From positions 80,910,001 through 80,974,000 of the forward strand of contig OZ260662.1 in NCBI GenBank assembly GCA_965285935.1: a stretch of DNA of 64,000 nt. Direction: 5' to 3'. Below, one piece after another: positions 13,761 through 25,306 of the stretch. Positions within the stretch are counted from its first letter, which is position 1; each line of letters opens with the position of its first letter. The translations under genes and the position numbers were made by a program. Origin of the DNA: Ophelia neglecta. Lineage: Eukaryota. A model generated the notes under the pieces. It worked only from the letters and a program-made list of their open reading frames with translations. It ran no database searches and was not told where the DNA came from.

Positions 13761-16700
13761 TCTGCTGGTTTATGGTACTCTTGGCAATTCCTTGGTTATT
13801 CTAGGTATTTTTTTAAATACCGTGGTGACTCACTGTTATAGAATTATGGCCTCGTCTAATTGTCTCATGACGGTAATGAACACAATTCGATTGTTGAAAA
13901 TTATTTTTAAAAAGTCATATATGAAAATAGAGGGGCTATCATGTTCAATCTGGGGTCATTGCCCTTGGGCAATGTGCTTTAGGACTCATTTCAGAAAATT
14001 ATCGTGCAATGTAGGTCTTCATGTATTCTGATTACCTGCATGTAGGGGGCAATAAGAACCGCTCTCTAATATATGGATGTGAGGAGCAGTAAAGGTCAAC
14101 ACCACGGACATAGGCACATGAGGCTGGTATTTTTACAAGGTTAGTAAATGATGCTGTCCTTGGCTTCTCTTTGGTTGATTACCATTATACTGCTTGTAAT
14201 CTGAAGTCACATATCATAAAAATAATCGGTACCTGTATTAATCCGGCACCTGAATTACTGCAGCAGATCTCGCTCAGCATCACTCTCTTCTGGGCAACCA
14301 AAGCAGTGATATTGTAGCAGTGAAAGGGGAGTGTTGAAAATACCATTGTCTGAGCAAACGAAAAATACCTATTCTAAAAACATTTTAATAGAAGTATGAT
14401 CGGAAATTTCTGTTTTCATATTTTGAGGGAGTGAGGACAACTTATCTGTTGAAGATCTGCTCCCCAAGATTACACAATTTGTCTATGTATGTACGATGGG
14501 CTATGGATTTTGACTAGACCAATTTCTTGTAGTTCTTGGTGTTGACGCCTTTGGCCTTCCACACACACACGCGCGCGCACAAGTATATACAAACTATCTA
14601 AAAAATATATGTACATTGTATATACCTGTAAATGTAATCATAACTGATATTCCTTGTTTTAGTCAAGGTTTGGGTATGTCCTTAAGTACAATGTCAGGGC
14701 TTTTGTTATAATATAACATATCATTCATCGTAAGGTCACGCCGTGTTGTATTGCAGCATCTCTCTCAGCAGCCAAACCCCCATAAATTACAACTTGTATA
14801 CTTAGACAGTGTCGTGAGGCGAAATATAGCCTTCGGCATTCGTTGCACCTTGGTATCAAACAAAAAGATGTGACAGTCTTAGTGGGCGCATCGAATCCCG
14901 GCCGGCAGGTCACCAACTATATATATACACATATAGCCATATTCAAACAATGGATGTGATCCAGGTGTATGCCTAGCTCTTAGTGTGTTCTCGTCTTTAT
15001 TTCACAGTGCCGATCGCCTTGACGTTTCTACCTTTTGCCTGCATGGTACCGCCTTTTAAATATATTTACTGCATTTATTGTCTTCAGTAACAAAATTAGT
15101 TATCGTTACATTGCCTCGATATTAAATTAAAGCGCTTAAGAAATGATTAATTTTTCATTAAGCCAAATAAAATGCATGTTAAGCATTCGGTTATAAAATG
15201 ATACAGTGTTACAGGACATGGCTTACTTGTCCAGTACGAATGAAAAAAAAATCACAGCCGACTCTTTAAGCTGACAAGCACGCAATGTCTAAATCGCGTG
15301 ATTTGAGCCCTTACAACCATTACGCGAACACTTTAATAAAAACCGATTAGTGTAAAGAAGGCAAAACGGGCACTGGATTGGTGACAACATCGTTTACTTC
15401 GTGCGTGCATGGTATAATAAATATACATGTATATTAAGGTAAAAAGGGTGCGTGACAAAGACAATTATATCCTATTCATGTTCCAGACATTTTCAACCTT
15501 ATTTACATGTATATTGGGGACATGCTGGGTATAAGAAAAAAATTAAGGACTGGCGTTATACAAGATATTATACTTATTTCACTTGAAAAGGACATACAAT
15601 TAGAAAGAACGAGGATCCGCATGCCAGCAGTTGATATAAAAAAAAACACCTTACAGATATAATTAAGTCATAACTTATCGGCCTTCTTGTGGATTATTTG
15701 ATCAGTCATTTAAAAAAAAGACGTATATGTCTGCTGGCCTGTGGGACGATGGTCTACACTATAACATCGTGATAAATCTATAGGTTTTTGGTGAATTTAG
15801 GAAGTAAACGAGCAGTCATATGTCTGATTTCAAACCAGGAAACACAGTCATGAGGTAATAGTCTATAGACTACCTGAATAACACCTGTAAATAAATTAAA
15901 CGTCCAAAATATGTCTTGAGTATAAATAGACACATTGCCATATTCAATGTGCACGTACGAGGCAAACTCATATGCACGTCAGTGTCACGATTATAAATTG
16001 AAGGCACATGAACACAACCGCATATATACATGTGTATTTGGTACGAGCTTTCCCCTTTCCTTATCAACATGCCTTTCGACTTGAAGTAATCTGTAGTATT
16101 CTTTTTTAAATTTAAGAGCCATTTAGATAATAAATGATGAAAACAGTATTAATAATGTCCCAATTTCATAACTTTGCAATGTAAGTTTCGCTTTTAGCCT
16201 TTGTTATGAAAGGTTGATATACTATAAATGCTTTCGTAGTGGCATTCTGCTCCTATTTAAAGCTGTTATTTAGAAATCGACCAGAAATGCATTATAATGA
16301 ACTCATAAAAATAGTTTTACATTATTCATTTATTTATCATCCTGCATTGAACACAGACCACAAAAAACCGTTGAAAAAATGTACAAACAATTTTAACAAT
16401 CGGAAACATACATGTTCCACTTAGATCATGAAGACATTCGTCCCAATCTCAAAACTTCGCTATTAGTAACATTGAAATAACATTGATAATGGATAAATAA
16501 TACTATTCGTTGATAGATTAATAATATTATTCACTTTTCTTGCGATCTGCCAAGTCTCAAATATGAAGTGATAATGTATTATAAAGTACAAACAAATAAA
16601 AAGGAGGTTATGGACATTTCGGAAACGTTTGTATCCCATCTTCGATGCTGCAAAAGGATGGTTAACATCATTATATATAATTTTGTAAAACCATTAATAA

Positions 16701-17320
16701 TGAAGTAATAATCGTGAGAGAGCAAAAAAAAAGGCCTTACATGAATTATTAATCATGACTAATGATTATTAATGCTACTTTTCATCTTTGGTTTATGGAA
16801 TGTCATATTGATTAGTAATATATTGATTGGTAAGTAATATATTGATAACGAATTATTGATACATGAATAATAGATGAATAATAGACGGATAACAGTTGAA
16901 TTGAGGAAAACGTTAAAGGGCGAGCACTTAGCAGAAAGTGTCCTGGTTTTTGGGGAAGGTAGTGGGGGCATTTCAAAGGTACATTTTTATTTATTCTAGA
17001 ATTATTTAACTTTAGTCTCTGCAAACCAGGTGGTGTTAGTTATTATTGATGCATTATTATTCATTTTAAGAATATTATTAAAATTTACATAACTAAGATC
17101 ATTTTAGAGAACGATTTGCACACCTTTATCAAGATGAATGTAGCCTGGCTAAGGCGATGACTAGGGTGAGGTCAGGAAAGTCCTTCTCTTGCATTTGAGT
17201 AAGATGAAAGGAACAGGATTTTACACGAAATAAGATATTTACTTATTATTGTGCCTCCGGAAGTTTCTTGGTATCTGTTGGTTTTCTACGGAAGCCGATA
17301 CGTGCCACCATAGAAAAAAA

Positions 17321-18040
17321 TATCTCGTTATTACGACTTACTATCTCGTTATAACGAGATAACTATCTCGTTATTACGACTTACTATCTCGTTATAACGA
17401 GATAACTATCTCGTTATTACTTGTTATTACGACTTAGTATCTCGTTATTACGAGATAACTATGTCGTTATTACGACTTAGTATCTCCTTATTACGAGATA
17501 ACTATCTCGTTATTACGACTTAGTATCTCGTTATTACGACTTAGTATCTCGTTATTATGAGATAACTATGTCGTTATTACGACTAAGCATCTCATTATTA
17601 CGAGATAACTAGCTCGTTATTATGACTTAGTATTTCATTATTACGAGATATCTATCTTGTTATTACTCATTATTACGACTTAGTATCTCGTTATTACGAG
17701 ATAACTATGTCGTTATTACGACTTAGTATCTCCTTCTTGCGAGATACCTATCTCGTTATTACGACTTAGTATCTCGTTATTATGACTTAGTATCTCGTAA
17801 TAACGAGATAACTATCTCGTTATTACGACGTAGTATCTTGTAATAACGAGATAACTATCTTGTTATTACGACTTAGTATCTCGTTATTACGACTTAGTAT
17901 CTCGTTATTATGAGATAACTATCTCGTTATTACGAGATAACTAATTTGTTATTACGACTTAGTATCTCGTTATTACGACTTATTATCTCGTTATTACGAC
18001 TTAGTATCTTGTTAGTACAAGATAACAATCTCGTTATTAG
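17321..18040 (+). repeat. Minisatellite of 21/22-bp palindromic units (left arm)
   Basis: Interspersed units TTAGTATCTCGTTATTACGAC (21 nt) and ATAACTATCTCGTTATTACGAG (22 nt). Confidence 0.95.
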
Positions 18041-18175
18041 TAGTAGTAAAATGTGCTTGTATTCAAGCCCCATATGAAAGTACAGCCTGCACAATTCCAC
18101 TCTATCCATGATCGGTGGTAAGGAAGGGTGAAATGAGGACTAGCAAATGATGTTTTGTGGATAAACTAAATAAAG

Positions 18176-20056
18176 TCGAGATAACGAGTTAGTAAGTCGA
18201 AATAACGAGATACATGTAGTAAGTCGTAATAACGAGATACTAAGTCGTAATAACGAGATAGTTATCTCTTTATTACCAGATACTAAGTCGTAATAACAAG
18301 ATAGTAAGTCGTAATAACGAGATAGTAAGTCGTAATAAAGAGATAGTTATCTCGTAATAACGATAAACTAAGTCGTAATAACGAGATCCTAAGTCGTAAT
18401 AACGAGATACTTAGTCTTAATAACGAGAAACTAAGTCGTAATAACCAGATACTAAGTCATTATAACTAAGTCATTATAAGTCGTAATACCGAGATACTAA
18501 GTCGTATTATTATCACTTACGAGGGCATTACCAGTAGGATAGCTCTATTTTACATGGGCAGTAAAACAGCATAACCGTTGACTGGTGACGTCAGAACCAG
18601 TCCGCTAATGAGAGCCAGTCCGTTTTCATTAGCGGATTTCATTAGCGGACTGGAGGTTCCCATTTCTTATATAAATGTTCATTAGTGACGTTAAGCCGGG
18701 TGGTACGATTATAATGATTAACCTTTAAATGCATTTTTTAATACATATTTCCAGGAAATAGCTAAATTACAAGATTTGACTAAAAATATGTGTATAAAAT
18801 GTTTATTTTGATCATATTGTTTTTCGAGAAAATTGGATAAATATTACGTAGCAGGACAAAAGTCGGCATATACATATCTCAGGCATAAGTAGTATTACCT
18901 AGCAGTCTTCTGGTGCCGATCACTGCTATAGAATACACATACTACTCGATAGGATACACAAAGCGGGGGCTATATTTCTTTCACGTAGACACCGGAACGT
19001 CATTTAAGAAAGTGATAAAAATAGTAGTCTTCATGGTCATAGCACCCTCGGCTACGCCTCGGGCGCTATGACTATGGCGGGCTGCTAATAATTTATGTCG
19101 GGCCACTGATATAGCGTAACGCCCTGCAAAATCATGTTATTGGTATAATAACGAGATACTAAGTCGTAATAACGAGATAGTCATCTTGTAATAATGAGAT
19201 AGTTATCTCGTAATAACGAGATACTAAGTCGTAATAACGAGATACTAAGTCGTAATAACGAAATAGTTATCTCATAATAAGGAGATACTAAGTCGTAATA
19301 ATGACATAGTTATCTCGTAATAACAAGATACTAAGTCGTAATAACGTGATACTTAGTCATAATAACGAGATAGTTATCTCGTTATAACAAATAGTAAGTC
19401 GTAATAATGAGATAGTTATCTCGTTATAACGAGATAGTAAGTCGTAATAACGAGATACTTAGTCGTGATAACGAGATAGTTATCTCGTAATAACGAGATC
19501 CTAAGTCGTAATAACGAGATACTTAGTCGTAATAACGAGAAACTAAGTCGTAATAACGAGATAGTTATCTCGTAATAACGAGATACTAAGTCATTATAAC
19601 AAGATACTAAGTCGTAATACCGAGATACTAAGTCATAATAATGAGATAGTCATCTCATAATAACGAGATAGTTATCTCTTAATAACCAGATACTAAGTCA
19701 TTATAACGAGATACTAAGTCGTAATACCGAGATACTAAGTTGTAATAACGAGATACTAAGTCATAATAACGAGATAGTCATCTCGTAATAACGAGATAGT
19801 TATCTCGTAATAACGAGATACTAAGTCGTAATAACGAGATACTAAGTCGTAATAACAAAATAGTTATCTCGTAATAAGGAGATACTAAGTTGTAATAACG
19901 ACATAGTTATCTCGTAATAACGAGATACTAAGTCGTAATAACGAGATACTTAGTCGTAATAACGAGATAGTTTTCTCGTTATAACGAGATAGTAAGTCGT
20001 AATAAAGAGATAGTTATCTCGTTATAACGAGATAGTAAGTCGTAATAACGAGATAT
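18176..20056 (-). repeat. Same minisatellite in inverted orientation (right arm), interrupted at 18507-19147
   Basis: GTCGTAATAACGAGATACTAA and CTCGTAATAACGAGATAGTTAT units, the reverse complements of the left-arm units. Confidence 0.95.
18507..19147. mobile_element. Nested non-autonomous insertion, Crypton-like
   Basis: Splits a host unit (GTCGTA|ATAACGAG). No TIR and at most a TA duplication. Carries the hairpin CATGGTCATAGCACCC-TCGGCTACGCCTC-GGGCGCTATGACTATG (19032-19076), whose loop resembles my recollection of animal Crypton non-autonomous elements, and short subterminal inverted AGGGC/GCCCT motifs. Confidence 0.55.
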
Positions 20057-21968
20057 TTTTTTCTATGGTGGCACGTATCGGCTTCCGTAGTTTTCTTGTA
20101 TGTGACTGTAATTCATTATTTTTGTAACGGGAGATATAGTTTTTTATCTAGCCTGCTTGACGATATTAAACCGAGAAGTTGAAAATGGCCTCAAATTGGC
20201 GCAAATCGCTTAGCTGAGGACTACCTATAGGTACTTATATGAACTTATTCAGATATGTACATATACGTGTTTTCTGTATGATGAAGCAGGTTATTGAACG
20301 GCTGATGAAGGCTTCTCCGCACTAACACAAGGAAACGTCCTCAGTTGACAGGACACTCAAATAAATGCCCCAGCTCGCTTACGCCATTAATAAAGCAAAT
20401 GCATTATTTGGATAGACACATTCCTTGGAACTTCTTTGAAACGACAAATTTAAGTTCACCGTTTAGAGGTGAATGGGGGAAATGGCCAAGAAAGCAAAAA
20501 GAGCCTTTGTCAAGGTTTAGCCATGCACGGCCATGAAGGACTGCGGATGGTGGCGGGCAGACTGAACATTGGCCTGGTGGGCTCGCTTTATTTCTTTATG
20601 CTATCTATATATGGTGATCTGGGGATCATTCTGTGAGTCAGTGAAAAAAAATGTTAATATCTCGTGTCATTCCGACCATAAATCAATTAATCTGCCTGAT
20701 ATCATTGATTAGTGCAATGTTAGCCGGCCTTGTATTAGAAAGCGGCCAGCACGGTGGGTGAAAGCCATTCTCCGACAGGGCTGGTTAAAGACTACATACA
20801 TTCAAAGCACTTTTTTTAGCAGCATGGCGGCCTGTTGTGGCAGTATTTGTTTAAAAATAATTTTGATATGCCTTGGCATTTGAAATCTTCTCCTGAGCGA
20901 GCTCGTCCGATTTGTTGTTGAAAATACACACTTCAAAATAGGATGTTTGCTTAGTTTATTAAACTATGTTTGTCTAGTTTATGTCGGATTGTCAGTATTT
21001 AAGGGGGAAATAAACACCCTTGTGCGAAATTGACAATTCGATTTTAATGCCCGTATCTGTTTCGCTTTGGTTCGCTTTGCAATATTTTAACCTCAATGAC
21101 ACCCCTTAAACTTGGCTAGAGTAAACGTAGAAAAAAAATAGTCCTATCGATTTAAGCGAAAAAATAAAAATATATATATAGTCCAATACATTCCATCAAC
21201 GAGTTGATGTGTTGCTGTTTATGGGTTAACATAAAGGGCTAACAATAAGAAGTAAATTAAGAAACTATTATAATTTATTTAGTTATAAGATTAAAGACTA
21301 CAGTACACGGAGAATAGTCAATTTGATACTGGAAGCACTCATTCAGTAATATTATGTCGGGTTTTTATGTCGACAGGTAAACACCCTGTGATTCAGGTGG
21401 TAAGTGACACGTTTCCCACACGGTCACGACTTGATGCTGATGCCTTCTCCACAAAGACCCACTCCACACAGTGTGTGACTGGTAAAACTGCATTGAATAT
21501 CCGACGCAGATAGGCCCATATATGGCCACATGTGCTTGTACATGCAGGTAAACAAACTGCTGATGACGTCAATGGCCTGGGGATGAATCAAGCAGTGGAC
21601 ACACCTTTTAAAGGTCCGCTTGTAGAGTGTACCGATCACATATACACAATGTAGGTAAAAATTTCCTGTGTATTTTCTTATGGCAGAATGCAACGGCATC
21701 ACGGCATGCTTTAAATATAAATATAATCACAGTATTTTCTAATGCATATAGTCGTTGTTCTGTGCCGTGCTCCATCATTACAATATCCTTCCACAAAAAA
21801 GAGAAAACACCCTTGAAATTTTGACCAATTTATGTATTTGCAAAAACCTTGTAATTATCAAACCTCTACCTGTACCTTTGGGTGAAGAGTTGCACTAGAT
21901 TTAACTTTTGTGTCGACTAGGCCATGCAGTCTGAATCATGACCGCACACACATGCATAATTAGATATG

Positions 21969-22170
21969 CAGTGGCGGATTCAGGGGGGGGGGGGGGTTCC
22001 AAGGCAGACAAGGAAAATGTCTGGATTGTCCCCGTTACCAACCCTCTGAAAGGACCTTGCATGGGTCCAGAAAAAGGCCCTGGTCCAGGCCCACCTTTTG
22101 GCAAAAGGGGGGGGGGGAGGGGCCCGCCCCCCCCCCCTCAACCCTTCCTGAAATCCTTGTTCCGCCACTG
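21969..22170. mobile_element. Short G/C-run MITE with CAGTGGCGGA TIRs (hAT-like)
   Basis: 10-bp perfect TIR CAGTGGCGGA / TCCGCCACTG, internal poly-G and poly-C runs, and a possible imperfect 6-bp TSD GATATG/TATATG. Confidence 0.7.
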
Positions 22171-24697
22171 TATATGGGCGTTTTGGTGACAAAACTATTG
22201 AGCGAGCGTACACTGTATACATATGTATGGAATAACAAATACTCAAGGCAAAATTATGAACGCACAAAAAAGGAATCCGAATTAATCTGTTTTTTTTTCT
22301 AAATGCAGGCGAACATATTAATAATCGAGAGATTGCGATTCATATTTCCGTTAAGCACAATAAAGTCACTCAACTCGGAGGAACGCCTATACAGTGAATT
22401 TCATTTCATTGATATTGTTTGGTACTTGCATCTATGGTCATATATTAAAAAAAGTAATTACAGAGCGTGTGATTCAGATACGGTCTGCTGCCAAAGCATT
22501 GATTCCACAGTGAAACCCCGTTTTATTATGCATGCTTACGGCTAAGATAACAATGAAATAAAATAACGTTACCCAACAACACATTATGATGTGTCATTGG
22601 CTGTTGAAAATACCTTATAATTTGGTTAATAATTTAGGAAAGTAATTTACAATATTCTATGTTTCTGCCACTGTGACTAAACCGCTATAAAAGGGCTATT
22701 CTTTAGTATTAAAGGGTGTGAATTGTCATCTTGAGAAATGTATAGCCTGTTCAAAATGGGCCTTGTTCAGTTAATGTTACTGTATTGTATTTAAGGGTAT
22801 GCGTTGATATATCAGTGAACAGTTTGGAGTTCTAATATACCCATATATATTTCTAACATGTTCGTATATTTTTACATGCATTGGAAATTGGATATAATGT
22901 TGACATTGGGATAGCTATATCATAGACTATGGTTACATCTGGCACACCCGTTGTAAACGGTATTGGTTGTCGACCTTAGTTATACAGGTATGATGCTATG
23001 GTTGGGTTGTCTAGTGTTAACTATAGCTATGACCACAGCTACCAGCCAATATCATCAGTTTGCGATCACATCATTGGTCTGATGGGTACACATACACTGA
23101 AATTATGTATTATTAATGAACCTAAAGGGCGATTTCGGCTGACGTTCGTTTGAGGATTATATTAACACGTTTTGTACGAATGCCTGTATAATACGTTTCC
23201 TTTGGGTAAACTCAAGAATTGTGATGTTTTTCTGGACCCTAAAATATACGTAAGCCAACCCAACTGAGCCCATTGACAAATTAATTTTCATGCACTAATT
23301 ACAGTAGGGGCGCACAATTAAGTAACTCGCTAAGATTTAAAAAGTATGGCACCCTATTGAGGCTCGAATAAGTCTCAAATTGTAGTGCTAGGCTCTAGCC
23401 TATCTGTCAAAATAAAGGCATAACTTATGTACTAGTGATAAGACCTGGAAAATCCACACAAATGTCCAATTGCGTACCCGAAATATGAAGAAAAAAAAAG
23501 GTTTCCCATAAACTAGTATAGGCCTAGTTCTAGGCTCCTCAGCTGCAAAAATAGGGCTAAAGTGATAATGTCATTGATTTGACTTTGAAACCATACTCCA
23601 AGGTCAAATGTGGAAACATAAAAAGTTGCAATGTCGTTTGGTATAGACTCATTTTGTATATCTAGGTTTTTTGCCGAAACAGGCTACAGCTCCGATAAAC
23701 ATAGTAATTTGCCTATAATCATAGTATGTCTGGTGAAGAAAGCCAACTGAAACTGGTGACTGGGCCAGCGTTGTAGATGTGATTTTGCCCCCAAAAAAAC
23801 ATTTTGAGATATCTTCACACACACATTCTGGCAGGGCACGAAGGAAACATTTGCTCATTAAGCACTTGCATGATTGCTTCTGCACCACAAATGTAGTATA
23901 ATTTTCAACTAAGAAAGTTGTTCGCATTTAATTCCTTTTTAAATTGCGCACCTCTGATACGAAATAGCATATAAATAAATCACGACAATGTATTCCATAG
24001 GAGCACACTAGAAAGCGTTAAATAGCAGGGTAAGCGTTGCAAGGGGCAGGGATGATAGGGTTTAGATAGAAATCCAACTGTATAACATTTCGTCCTTCAC
24101 TATACCTCAAGTATAATCCATAAAGCAACCTCGAGAGATAGCAACTGGGTTTATAAAAGAAAAACACTTCTTATATCTTGTAGTTCTGCCTGGATTTATA
24201 TAACTCGTTATCGGTCTTCCATTATACATGCCTAGGTTCTGTAGTGTGGATAGTCATCTTGGGGCCCATCTCGAGTGCACGGTGTGTGTCGGGCGATGAG
24301 AACGCAGGGCGCACTGCCAGTAAATGGCGCGTGTCCGTTTTGGGCGTCCGGACGTACAGACTGCCAATTGACAGTGCGGACAGAGACAGTGACACATATT
24401 CGGCGACATATTTGGCGCGTCACCCTGCCACGCCGACACAGTTAAATACCTGTACATGCAGAAAGCACATCACCAGCGTACTAGCAGATTCTACCTGTAT
24501 CTTCATCTTTCCTAATATAACACGATATACAGCATATTCCTGAAACCACAAACACAGCAAAGCCGAAAGTTAGTTTGCTGCCTGAAAGCGGAGAACAGCC
24601 CAAAAGATACCATATGATGATACGAGCTTGAAGAGAAAACAGCAAAACGGACCACGCCCATTCGACAAACACACGGAATTGATAAACCGAGTTCGCG

Positions 24698-24705
24698 TAT
24701 AAAAG
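24698..24705 (+). promoter_or_regulatory. TATA box of claudin-like paralogue 2
   Basis: Consensus TATAAAAG 60 bp upstream of the ATG (AAACATGG, good Kozak context). A CCACGCCC KLF/Sp-type motif lies at 24652. Confidence 0.55.
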
Positions 24706-24757
24706 GGCATAGCAAGTTGCGTCTCAGCAGAGAAGGACCTCAACATACATCACAAAC

Positions 24758-25306
24758 ATGGGCTGTAGTTGTGTTCGTTTGGTCGGCTTCATCATTTTGG
24801 CCGTCGGGGCGACGGCTTGTGCCATCAGCTTCATAGCTCCTTATTGGGTTCATCACTTTTCTTGGTATAGAGGGCTACTCGGGCAGTGTCCATCTCAACT
24901 CAACACAGGACAGATTCCGGACTCTCTTAATACATGCCACTGGTTCTCGGACAACGATTTCAGTTGGGAAAAACAACAGAAGACTTGGTTTTATGGGTGT
25001 CAAGCTCTCTTCGCCATAGGTGTAATACTTCTTTTGATTGCAGTCCCATGCGGATGTATTAGTCTCTGTTGTTGTAGCCACGGTCGTATGGCGAGAACCG
25101 CCGGAAGTCTGGCGTTGTTGGCGGGTCTTCTCATTGCCGTAAGCATCATCGTTTATGCCATTTATTTTAAAAAGGAGTCTGACGCCATTCCTTTCGTTAA
25201 GAGAGGGAACGCAGAATACTCGTGGGGTTATTATGTAGGCATTGCAGGTGTAATACTTCTCTGGATTGCCAGTGGCATGTTTATATGTTCCCGCGAAAAA
25301 CACTAG
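24758..25306 (+). CDS. PMP22/EMP/claudin-superfamily tetraspan membrane protein (claudin-like), paralogue 2
   Basis: 182-aa ORF with four hydrophobic segments and APYW...RGLLGQC...TCHW. Shares APYW, RMxRxAGS, PFV and WxxYxGxxGV motifs with the 4249-4872 protein. Confidence 0.85.
   Translation: MGCSCVRLVGFIILAVGATACAISFIAPYWVHHFSWYRGLLGQCPSQLNTGQIPDSLNTCHWFSDNDFSWEKQQKTWFYGCQALFAIGVILLLIAVPCGCISLCCCSHGRMARTAGSLALLAGLLIAVSIIVYAIYFKKESDAIPFVKRGNAEYSWGYYVGIAGVILLWIASGMFICSREKH

Larger units (their letters stand above)
17286..20090. mobile_element. Foldback-type non-autonomous DNA transposon with minisatellite arms
   Basis: Perfect terminal inverted repeats beginning CTACGGAAGCCGATACGTGCCACCATAGAAAAAAATATCTCG, with TTTT on both flanks (17282-85, 20091-94). 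The left arm (to ~18040) and right arm (from ~18176) are the same 21/22-bp units in opposite orientation. Superfamily not assigned. Confidence 0.85.

Noticed and set aside
17321-20056. CRISPR-like appearance of short palindromic repeats
   Set aside because: The units are contiguous with no unique spacers, there are no cas genes, the context is eukaryotic, and the arrays are bounded by transposon TIRs.
21901-22302. Gly/Pro-rich ORFs in several frames
   Set aside because: Artefacts of the G and C homopolymer runs in the 21969-22170 MITE.
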